From Nemertoderma westbladi (taxonomy: Eukaryota > Animalia > Xenacoelomorpha), in assembly GCA_032718475.1 (NCBI GenBank), contig JAUCBJ010007264.1, positions 1 through 64,000 of the forward strand: DNA of 64,000 nucleotides, read 5' to 3'. A program made the translations under genes and the position numbers. The first letter of the stretch is position 1. Every line of letters starts with the position of its first letter. This document shows, piece by piece, positions 39,410-49,630 of the stretch. Under the pieces are notes generated by a model, which saw only the letters and a list, made by a program, of their open reading frames with translations, searched no databases and was not told where the DNA came from.

Positions 39410-42208
39410 GACGAAGAACCGTCGATAATACCGGCATATAAGATGGTAGTACAAAACATGGGGGCCAAGTCGTCTTCATTTACGACGACTATGGCAGTGA
39501 GGGACACAGTGAAAGGGAAGGAAGATAGATACAGCAGTAGGGCCGTCGATATGATTCGACGTGGCTTCTACGTAGACGACGGAATGGAATCTGGAAATAC
39601 GGTTAAGGAAATACTGGACACAGGGCGCGAGGTTCGCGACATCCTAAAAGGATCCGGTTTTAACCTGACCAAATTCCAATCCAGTTCGGAAGAATTTATC
39701 AAGGCGATAGAGGACAAGAGGCCAGAATCGACCATGGATAATCCCACAACGGCCAAAGGGCAGGACATGGCGATTAAAAGAACAGAATCTCAACAGAAGG
39801 CATTGGGAATCGTGTGGGATAGAGAGACAGACGAACTTAAATATCAGCTGAGCCAAGAGGGCGCAGACATCCACACGAAGTGGGGCTATGTATCGTATAT
39901 AGCAAGGATATACGATCCCCTAGGCCTAGCATCCCCATTATTAGTCACGGGTAAACAGATACTCAAAAGAGTATACAAATTGAAGGATGAGTGGGACGTA
40001 GAGGTACCAGAGGAAATCAAGAAGCAGTGGAGCAAGTGGACAAGAGACTTGGAGAAGATGGGAACATACAACTTGCCCCGAGTGTATTTCCCGGATGGGA
40101 ACATCACGAGTCTGGACCTACACATGTTCTCCGATGCGTCGTTGGAGGCGTACGGAGCGGCACTCTATTTAGTACAACGAGAGGGGGCTCATAAGCCCAG
40201 ACTAGCCTTTAGCAAAGCAAAGTCAACGCCGCCAGATTCAGCATCAGTTCCCAAGTTAGAATTGACAGCTGCGAGACTAGGAGTTAGAGCCACAGCCTAC
40301 CTAGTGGATACTATTCCCAACATAGTGGAGACACACTACTGGACGGACTCCATGGTAGTGCTTGGTTGGCTACATAACGAAAGGACGAGATACCCGATAT
40401 TCGTCGCAAATAGAGTGGACGAAATAAGGGCGACCACAGAACTGGAAAGGTGGCACTACTGCCCAACAGACGAGAACCCAGCGGACTTGCTGTCGAGGGG
40501 CGTAGAACGCCACACTTTCCTGAAGAAGGAAGTATTGTGGCAGCATGGGCCACAATTTCTGAGCGATAAGGAGGCCTGGCCGCCGATGAGAAAGGTGGAT
40601 CCGGGCTCAGAAGTGGTATCAGAAGGAGAAGAGGGAGATTCAGAGGGAGAAGAGATATACTCCCAGATGGTGAGGGAGATTAGGGACGTGCAACCAGGAC
40701 GAGAACTGTGCGATAACCCGACGGATAAACTCCTCAGCTACAGTTCTAGTTGGTATAAGACCAAGAAACTAGTGGCGTACTGGAGAGCCTTCGGGAATTT
40801 CCTTGCGGGAGTTGGCAAGGACAAGAAGATCAGGACAACCATAGATCTGGAAGGAGCGGCCAAGGCAGTGATCCGCTATGAACAACGGAAGAACTACGGC
40901 GACGAGGTGGAACGCGTCGGTAACCAACAGCACCTCCGACGGGACAGCGAGCTGATTACGCTGTCGCCACAACTCAATGACGACGGGATTCTAGTAATGA
41001 ATTCTAGGGTGGGATACAACAACAGCATAGTCGTACCACCGAAACCCATCATCATTCCCACGGGATCGCCAATAGTCCACCAGATTATCTGGGACTCCCA
41101 TAAGTCGATATTGCACGGGGGCACCAACCGAACCCTCACAGAGATAAGGAGGACCTATTGGGTCAAACAATTAAGGAAGAAGGTTAAAGCGGTAGTGGGG
41201 CAGTGCCAGACCTGCCGACGAGCGAAGAAGGAGCGAGCCGTACAGGAGATGGCGCCACTACCGGCGAGTAGGGTAAGACAGCACGACCCGCCATTTACGC
41301 ATTGCGGTGTGGACATGTTCGGGCCGATAAAGATCAAAGTGATGCGACACACGGAGAAACGCTACGGCATCATCTTCGTATGCAACAACACACGGGCGGT
41401 AGGGATAGAACTCGCCCAAGATGCAACTGCATCAGCATTCATTAATGCCTTAGAAAGGTTTAGGGACCGCAAAGGTGGGACGATCGCAGTGATATACAGC
41501 GACAACGGCACCAACTTTGTGGGCGCAGAGAGTGAGATGGCAGAGGCCTTGGACATCTTGGAGGGAGAAGAAGTCAGGGCAGCCATGAGGCGACGACAAG
41601 TAAAGTGGGAGAGAAGGACGCCGTATGCACCACATACACTAGGGTGCGTCGAGAGACTGGTGGGCAGTTCAAAGCGTCTAATGACGAAGCTAATGAACAC
41701 CCACATGGTCACTGAGGACGTCTTACGGACAGTACTTGCGAAGTGCGAGGGGATCATTAATAGCAGACCGCTATATCCGGAGAATGATGACCCTGAGTCG
41801 TTAGACGTGCTGACGCCTAGCCATTTCCTGATGGAAAGGCCAGCGACCATCGATATGCGGGGTGTAGACCCAGATGACATACACTCCCGCCAAAGTTGGA
41901 AAGTCGCTAAAGCAATAAGCGCAGAGTATTGGAGGAGGTGGGTAGAAGAATACCTACCCACGCTCCATAAGCGAAGCAAGTGGAGGAAGCCGAACAGGGA
42001 GTTAAGAGTAGGAGATCTCGTAATCGTTACGGATGATACTATCATCAACAACCAGTGGCGGTTGGCGAGAGTTGTAGGCACCTACTCCGATGAGGACGGA
42101 AGTGTCCGATCGGTAGAAGTGCGGGTAGGTGGTAAGATAGGTGCGAAGGACAGGAAACCCTACAGGAGAGCAGTAGGCAAATGCTGTCTGCTAGAAGGAG
42201 CACCTTAA
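39410..42208 (+). CDS. B2 RT(C-terminal)-RNaseH-integrase, open frame but 5'-truncated
   Basis: FYVDD, MFSDAS, VPKLEL, WTDSMVVL, NPADLLSRG, GVDMFGP, YSDNGTNF. Confidence 0.9.
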   Translation, partial: DEEPSIIPAYKMVVQNMGAKSSSFTTTMAVRDTVKGKEDRYSSRAVDMIRRGFYVDDGMESGNTVKEILDTGREVRDILKGSGFNLTKFQSSSEEFIKAIEDKRPESTMDNPTTAKGQDMAIKRTESQQKALGIVWDRETDELKYQLSQEGADIHTKWGYVSYIARIYDPLGLASPLLVTGKQILKRVYKLKDEWDVEVPEEIKKQWSKWTRDLEKMGTYNLPRVYFPDGNITSLDLHMFSDASLEAYGAALYLVQREGAHKPRLAFSKAKSTPPDSASVPKLELTAARLGVRATAYLVDTIPNIVETHYWTDSMVVLGWLHNERTRYPIFVANRVDEIRATTELERWHYCPTDENPADLLSRGVERHTFLKKEVLWQHGPQFLSDKEAWPPMRKVDPGSEVVSEGEEGDSEGEEIYSQMVREIRDVQPGRELCDNPTDKLLSYSSSWYKTKKLVAYWRAFGNFLAGVGKDKKIRTTIDLEGAAKAVIRYEQRKNYGDEVERVGNQQHLRRDSELITLSPQLNDDGILVMNSRVGYNNSIVVPPKPIIIPTGSPIVHQIIWDSHKSILHGGTNRTLTEIRRTYWVKQLRKKVKAVVGQCQTCRRAKKERAVQEMAPLPASRVRQHDPPFTHCGVDMFGPIKIKVMRHTEKRYGIIFVCNNTRAVGIELAQDATASAFINALERFRDRKGGTIAVIYSDNGTNFVGAESEMAEALDILEGEEVRAAMRRRQVKWERRTPYAPHTLGCVERLVGSSKRLMTKLMNTHMVTEDVLRTVLAKCEGIINSRPLYPENDDPESLDVLTPSHFLMERPATIDMRGVDPDDIHSRQSWKVAKAISAEYWRRWVEEYLPTLHKRSKWRKPNRELRVGDLVIVTDDTIINNQWRLARVVGTYSDEDGSVRSVEVRVGGKIGAKDRKPYRRAVGKCCLLEGAP

Positions 42209-42319
42209 CTTGGAGTTAGAGTAGAGTTTAGTCGTCCAAGATTTGGACTGAGGGGGGTGGGATTGAGGGCGAGACGCCCTTCCCACACAAATAAAATAAA
42301 AATAAAATAAAAATAATAA

Positions 42320-42860
42320 GTACACAGTAGGTACGCAGTTAGTAGGCAGAAGTTAGTTAAGAGGTACGTAGTACCTAGTTAGTTAGTTAGTTAGGAGGTA
42401 CGTAGTACCGATAGTTAGTTAGAGAGTTAGAGGGTACGTAGTACCGATAGTTAGTTAGAGAGTTAGGAGGGTACGTAGTACCGATAGTTAGTTAGAGAGT
42501 TAGAGGGTACGTAAGTACCGATAGTTAGTTAGAGAGTTAGAGGGTACGTAGTACCGATAGTTAGTTAGTTAATTAGGGGTACGTAGTACCGTAGTTAGTT
42601 AGAGAGTTAGAGGGTACGTAAGTACCGCTAGTTAGTTAGAGAGTTAGAGGGTACGTAAGTACCGTTAGTTAGTTAGAGAGTTAGAGGGTACGTAAGTACC
42701 GTTAGTTAGTTAGAGAGTTCAGAGGGTACGTAGTACCGTTAGTTAGAGAAGAGTTAGAGGGTACGTAGTACCGTTAGTTAGAGGAGAGTTAGAGGGTACG
42801 TAGTACCGTTAGTTAGAGAAGAGTTAGAGTTAGAGGGTACGTAGTACCGTTAGTTAGAGA
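42320..42860 (+). repeat. Array of ~14 GGTACGTA(A)GTACC hairpin units, ~36-bp period (B2)
   Basis: Directly visible. Confidence 0.9.
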
Positions 42861-43275
42861 GAGAGAGTAAGAGGTAGAAGGGTATATAAGATATAGATAT
42901 TAGTTAGCAGTTAGTAGCGTTAGTAGCGAGAGGGGGGCATATGAGTACAGCTGGGTAAATCGTGTGGCCACACGACGCACACTGCTGTACTGCATAGGCC
43001 CACAGAGTAGGCCAGAATGTGGATTAGGGAATAGAATAATCAATAGGAAGCAGTAAGGTAGTAGGATTGAAATTAAATCAAAAATAAAATTAGAATAAGA
43101 ATAGGGCTAAGAAGGGGAACAAATTATGGTAACAGTAGTAAGAATAGGCAATAACTCAGAAATTCAGAAAGAGATAGGCCATCGAACTGAACTTAAACCA
43201 CCTAAACCCATCACTCATCACGTTTGCGCCTTGGCAAGGCACCACCTACGGGTGAGCGATCGGGCAGAGTTCGAG

Positions 43276-44170
43276 ATGGCAGGTAAACTTGTGAGAGAGG
43301 AGAGAAGCAGAGGAGAGGGAGGAGGAAGCTAGGGCGCAGAGCTACGGCTTCGAGGAATAAGCAGCCTTAGACGAACTTCGTTGGGCTTCGTCAGGGAGTT
43401 CGGGGGAGTCTCTAGGGAAAGAACTGGGGTGGACGGTGGGATCACCGAAACAGTCGACGTCGGGATTGCAAGCGATGCCCATACCAGCGGGCGCCGAGGG
43501 CGAACAACCGCAAAGGAAGTTAAGGGAGTTGGAGGGATGGAGAGCTACGGGCGAGAGCCAAGGCGGGAAGGGACATAGTGGGTCCACCGGGATACCGGGG
43601 TTGGGACCACTGCGAGAGGAGGACGAGGACGACGACGAGTTCGGAGAGATGCCGCCCATCGAGAGGATAGGCCACTCGGACACGGACTGGGTTGGCGGGA
43701 GGGTGGTGACGGCCAGTGGGGCGAGAGCCTTCTGGGACAAACCCGGCAAGCGGGCCTGGGTGCACGAGGAGCCGGCGATGGATTTCGCGGGGAGCACTAT
43801 CAGGTTGGGCAAGCAACCGGGGACGGCACCACGGGTAGTATTCGGAGAGACGATGCCCGGGAGGGGCGAGGAGATCGACGTAGACAGGGACGCTAACGTC
43901 TAGAAGTTCGCCTATCAGCGACTCCACAGACCGCGGAGATCGCTTGGGATGAAAGACGACGTGGGGCGGGAGACATTGGTACTCGGTTGCGGCTACTGTG
44001 GGAGACAGACCCACCAGGAAAGGAGCTGCTTGTACCGGTTCCAGAAAGGGACCAGCTGTCTCTACTGCCACGAGACGAGCCACAGGATGGGAGCGTGTCC
44101 ACGGTTGCAGAACCGATGTCCGAAGTGCAACTTTCGGGGACACCACGGACGCCAAGGAGGGATGGACTGA
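43276..44170 (+). pseudogene. B2 accessory ORF2 with a C-terminal triple zinc-knuckle module, degenerate
   Basis: ORFs 43436 and 43949 are in one frame, separated by a TAG. Module CGYCGRQTHQERSC-CLYCHETSHRMGAC-CPKCNFRGH. The start codon is uncertain. Confidence 0.7.
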
Positions 44171-45402
44171 GGCTTTGATGTAGTGCGCCTGGAAGGCGCC
44201 ACGTGAGACGTGCGAACTATGTACAAATTTAATTAATGCGAATAATCATATAAGTACAATTTGTATGTACGTACGTAGCAATCAGTAATCTACAAATATA
44301 CATTCGGAGTAAGTACTATAGTCATACAACCTTTCTCAATTAGCTACTGGGACTGTGGGGTAAACTGACTATGACACTATGGACGAGACACCAGACAATT
44401 TCACACTTCTTGAGTGCGACGGCACAAAGAGGGGGGGGGGAGATTCGTCAGGAGGAATGAGGTAGTCAAAGTAGGGTTGAGGGAAGGAGTAGTAGGTGCG
44501 AAGTACAGAGAGAGTGCGGACGCAATTCTAGTGTGGGGGGGGGGGGGGAGAATAAGAGGCTGAGTGAGGGACGAGGAGGTCCGAGTGTATGAGAGAGTTA
44601 GGATGAGAGTGAAGAAGAGATAGGGCGGAAGTGTTGGGGAAACAAAAGTTGCGTGAGAGGTGAGCGCGATCGGCCCGACATGAGACGCCAGGCACACAGG
44701 GTAGCGTTATCATACCCATAGGGAGCGGCCTGGAAAGCCGGCTCCGAGAGAAAAGAATTCCACCCCACACCCGATACTAGATCGGGATCCAGCGGGATTG
44801 CAGCGCACTTTTTGGTTGATGCTATCTTCTTACCGGGAAGATAGCATGGGGGGGAGTGTTAGCTTATTCAATCCCGCTAACACCCCATAAAGTTTAGCCA
44901 ATAAGCAATATTGGGAGCCACGAGATTGGGTAATTAACCAACTCGTGCCATCCCAATAAGAATGGGAAGGAAACGCACAATGAGGGTCAGGGGCCAAACC
45001 CCTAACCCAGAGAGAACAGGTGGAGTGAACGGGAACACTCCAAAGGGCGCCAACAAGGGTATCAACCAATCAGAGGGGGGAAAGGCATCGATTAGGTAGA
45101 GTAACAAGGCCAACCGTGCAATATAGCCACTTGGCAGTAATCATATCAATTCAGTTATCTCAGTGCAATACTGGTGCTAGTTTAGGTTACATAGTTTAGC
45201 TAGGGAAGGACCGGGACTTTAGTTACCGTATCCCGCCTTCCGTGTACAACAACAATATTATCTCATATCTATATCTGTATCTATATCTCTATACCCAAAC
45301 ATTATATACGACGAACAGCACAAACTCATTCACTCTTTACACACGGCGGGGACGCGTAAACTAACAACGGATAAACCGGGATCCCTCTTGGATCCCGTCA
45401 CA

Positions 45403-46120
45403 AGTACGCTGTAACATATTTGTGACTGTAATTAATTAGTAAAATTAAGAATTTGTACGCAGCATAGCGGAGAGTAGTTAAGGTAGTAATTTGGAGTACC
45501 GTACACTATTCACGCTGGGCGGTTATTTAATTAGCGGACAATAAGTTAGATCGCAGTATACAGTACGCAACACGCATTAGTAATTTTGCTGGTCTAAAGC
45601 CAGCCGTAGGCAAGTTTAGTCCCACAGCAGGTATTAGCCCCAAAAAAGATACTGTACTAGACAATTTGATTATTTAAATATTCTCACATTCACACATTCC
45701 GTTAGGGAACCCCAGTCTTTGCGATTAGATTAGATTAGAAAAGACGTAATTGTTAACGCGTTTTAGCAGCAAAATTAGGCCGCAGGAATACACTCTGAGT
45801 GTAGAGCCTCTCACACTCGTCTTAAGTAAGCTTAGGGAGCCGATTCGGGTTTATTGTTTTGGTTATTCCCGCGTGGCTCATATATTCGAACAGTTAGCTC
45901 TCTATTGAGTAATCGATAGAGAAAGGAACGAGAATTTAGCAGGAGCAGTAGAAATTAGGGAAATATATTAGCGGACGGCAGGTTAGCGCCATCCAACGGT
46001 GAGTAGCGGTTTTGTATTTAGCAGCCCTACATTAGCAATTACACGCTCCTGATTGCCCTGTTTAATAAATAGAGCAGTTTTGTGTCTTTATTGGTTAGGC
46101 CGGGTAGTTTGTTCGTAACA
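45403..46120 (+). repeat. Remainder of the element A 3' LTR
   Basis: Matches 1533-2260. Confidence 0.92.
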
Positions 46121-47886
46121 GAAAATATGGCGACAGTGTTCATTAATACTGAACGGACACATCAAAGATTTATTACATCCATGCAGGAGATAACAACAAT
46201 AAACTTTAATTAGATATAATTGTATATTACCGGTACCTGTTAATAAATTTCACTTATATTCGATATAGTACATAATTAAAATGTTCAAAAGAGTATCCAT
46301 AAAATCCTTTCTTCACATACCGAACGCTGATAAGTTGACATAAAGTAACAAAATTGCATACATCATTGTGTGCAAAGGTCACTTTTCACTTTTCCTTGTT
46401 TATTTATGTAAACTTCCCTCGCTGCGCTCGCTCGGTACATAAATAAACTCGGGTCATAACGCTGCAAAGTGCTACTTTGCACACAATTATGTAATGTAAA
46501 TAGTTATTAATTTCAATCTATCACTGATTAAACCACCATCTTATTCCCGTAATGTCTGGTTGTATAATCGATGTAATTATGAGTTGTTAGGCGCCAAACT
46601 TCGCACAGCGCAGTGAAAAAATGGACTAATCTCTTAAAAAATACTGCAAAAACCGCCACACCAAATAAAACAGTTACAATCAAACCAAATGACAAACCGT
46701 GGTATTCCAATGTTACAACACGAATATGACACTGAAATATATCGTACCTTGTTGATTACGGCTTTTTTGGATACGTGTCGATGTACGGCACGAAAAATAC
46801 AAGTAGCACAAATTTCATAATGAAAAATCATTACCAAATCAACCTGATTTTATAACATTTGGGGTTTTTTGGAATGCTGATCACGAATATGACACTCATA
46901 AATATCGTATTATCCATCCAACCAAATTTGATTTTTTCCCTTTGAAATTGTAGGCTACTTGCATTTTTCGTCCCACCAGACAAACACGAAAAACGATAGT
47001 TGCGTTAGCGACCTTGAAAACCAGTATAGTTTCAGAATTACCAAAAAAAGGCAAAATTTAAAAGTTTCAAATTTTTGCTGCTTGTACTTTTCGTTTTGGA
47101 GTACCAAAATGGCACCAAAATTGGGATTGCACATTCCAGAAATATTTATAACTACTTTCATCGCGATCAGCTACCGCAAAAACCCGTATACGTTTAGAAT
47201 TATCTAACCAAACACAAAATGTTTAGTAATTTTATACCCGCTGGTATAGTCCCGCTGGTTTAGGCATGAGAATAAACCTAGCTAGATAAACCTAGCATGA
47301 TGATTCTTAAAGAATAACCGGACCCTCCAATAATAAACCTCCAGTAACCTGTTAGAATGGCTAACCGACTACCTCTCGAACAACTATCAGAGTGTTATTA
47401 TTAGTGGTACACAGTCGGGTTGGTTGCTTACATTAGCGGGAGTCCCACAAGGATCATAATCATTATGCACCAGGAACTTACTCAATTATATGAAAGTACT
47501 GTACATCTTTCCTCCAACGTAACGCTTCGCAAGATTAACGATAAGGGCAACTTTTGCAATTCAGAGATTTTCTTCCCTGGCGGTTATTGCTTCAACACAA
47601 CTACTTATTGTCCATCACTCTGCTCAATCTTAAGAATTTTACTATAAAGTCGCGCCGTTAATAATTATAGGGATTCATATTTCTAAGCGGCGCGGCGCGC
47701 CTGACTAATATTATTAATCATTGTTATTATTTCGAATTATTATTTTTTGTTTTTTTTATGTTAAATCATTTTATTATTTTAGTCTCAGTTTGCCAAGAAA
47801 TGTTGACCGACTGTTTGATTTTTTTTTACTGTACATAAAGATCTGCTGTCATTGAACTGTATATTGGCACATTTATTCAAACTTAC

Positions 47887-48561
47887 AGCGAAATGGAATG
47901 TCATCGATCTTATCAAAGTAGGCGACATCGTCACCGTAGGTGTCGACGATAGTACTAAGTTTGGTGTCTGAATCTACGCCAGTTTCTAATCCACAGAAAT
48001 TCACTGCATTCCAGGCCCAAACAACCGCTCTGCATAGATGATTGTCACCGCATTCCTCCATACATTCATTGTAAGAGCTGATGTCTGTTTGAGTCGTTAG
48101 ATTCACTTCTCTTAGGAAACTTTTGTGGCAAGGAGAACGAAACTTTGTCACCCATTCAACTGGAATGGAAACAAACGTGATATACAAAATACAGAAGTGT
48201 AATTTATTTGTGTGAACTGGCAATGCGACTGGATCTAGAATATTTTTACTGTATAATTTCTGATAAATAATGAACGCATCTCACCTTTTTTTGTACTAAT
48301 CCATCTTCTTTCTGATGTATCAACATACCAGCTGTCCATTCTTTCAAGACAGCTTTCGTAGTAAAGCTTACAGACCCCTTCGTTGTAACTGAAAGCCGTA
48401 CACTGGTCCCTTTGTTCGCACTTAATGTTACATAAAGCGGTAGAGGGGGAGGTTGTAGAGAACGCAGTAGCGGAGGGATTCGTACAGAAGTTGTTAATGT
48501 AGATTTTGCCAACCGAATTGTTTATCACAGTGATTGCGATAACAAAGACTCCAGTATACAT
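47887..48561 (-). CDS. Host secreted protein with two PAN/apple-like modules (exons 48561-48285 and 48159-47887; later exons not resolved)
   Basis: Hydrophobic N-terminus; CNIKCEQRDQCTAFSYNEGVCKLY and CMEECGDNHLCRAVVW...C patterns. A GTGAG..TTCCAG intron at 48284-48160 joins the two ORFs in frame; a GTAAGT donor lies at 47886. Confidence 0.7.
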
Positions 48562-49306
48562 TATGAGGAGTTTATTTCTTTATAGGAAAAGTTGTACAAT
48601 AGTTATCCTGATTTTATGTAAAAATCTCTGGAGTAAAAATCTCAACAAGATATTAACCCATGGTCTGATCAAATACTGTATATTTATTTCTTGGGAGGAG
48701 AAGATAATGTAATTTATGTTTTGGTACGCAAAAGGTTAACTGATTTGTCGAATAGCTACTCTGCTATGTTCTTTTATATAGGCCTATTAGAGGCCATCAA
48801 TTCGTTTTTGGCCATAACTCCGCCATAATACACTCAGATATTCAAACACTCTAAATTGTAAATTTATAATTAAAGGTACTGCAGGCCTATTTATTAAACA
48901 TTGTTAAACAAAAAACACCAGTTTTTAGAAGGAATTTACGGAAATAAATCCAAATTTACCTATTCCGAGCGGCTCAATAGGTACTGTAGTCCTGAAAATA
49001 CCCAATTTACTATGAAGAAATACGCGATACCATCAGTTTGAGTTAGTACTGTATTTCCAGGTCTAACTTTTATTCGAGCCGTTATTATACTATGGCCGTT
49101 TTCCAATAATTGTGGTAGGGTGTGTGTGGTTCTCGGAAGCCGATGTGCCTTCTGACTTCTGAGACACAACAATGGGCATTTGGAGCTCGGCCCTACAGTA
49201 ATTGCTCAGTGATAACTTACCGTTGGCCTTCTGTTTAACGAAGGCCCGCTATCATACAGTACAGTATGTAGGGTAGGCCTACTAGTACCAGAGAAGAGAG
49301 AGTGAA

Positions 49307-49630
49307 TAACTCCAATGTGGAAGAGGAAACAGATCAATGAGATATAGTCCCCACTATACAATCGCTTGACCGAAGACGCAACCAAACTGAAAACAGACTT
49401 TATTATTCAATTCCACCTTTCTGTCAGTAGAAAATCAAATTCATTTTGGTATTTTGCCATGTACAGTACAGTACATGTATGTATGTAAAAAAAATGTAAA
49501 TTTCAAATGAAATAAACTAAAACTGAAAAATTGTCTGAAATTTGCTTTATTTTACAAAAGATAAAAACTACTGTTTGCTATCGAAAAACAGTGTCCGAAC
49601 TATTTGCTACTATTTGGTACAATCAATAAT
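49307..49630 (+). repeat. Dispersed ~320-bp repeat; inverted copy at 61655-61968
   Basis: TAACTCCAATGTGGAAGAGGAAACAGATC... and ...GGTACAATCAATAAT recur as reverse complements. Confidence 0.75.

Larger units (their letters stand above)
39410..45402 (+). mobile_element. 5'-deleted BEL/Pao 'B2' (B family) inside the element A 3' LTR
   Basis: pol closely similar to B1; same post-pol hairpin and array; PPT; 546-bp LTR at 44857-45402 with the same termini as the B1 LTR. Confidence 0.92.
1..46120 (+). mobile_element. BEL/Pao LTR retrotransposon 'A' (outer host of the nest); 5' end probably upstream of the window
   Basis: Direct repeats 1533-2260 and 45403-46120 both end CGTAACA; the 3' LTR starts TGTTACG at 39368. 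Domain order is gag-PR-RT-RH-IN with BEL motifs. gag rejoins in frame across the B1 insertion (NTY|TGIQDDG). Confidence 0.88.

Noticed and set aside
46230-47230. MITE or Crypton-like fragments (inverted TTGTGTGCAAAG/CTTTGCACACAA; repeated CACGAATATGACACT)
   Set aside because: Termini and TSD could not be defined from a single copy.
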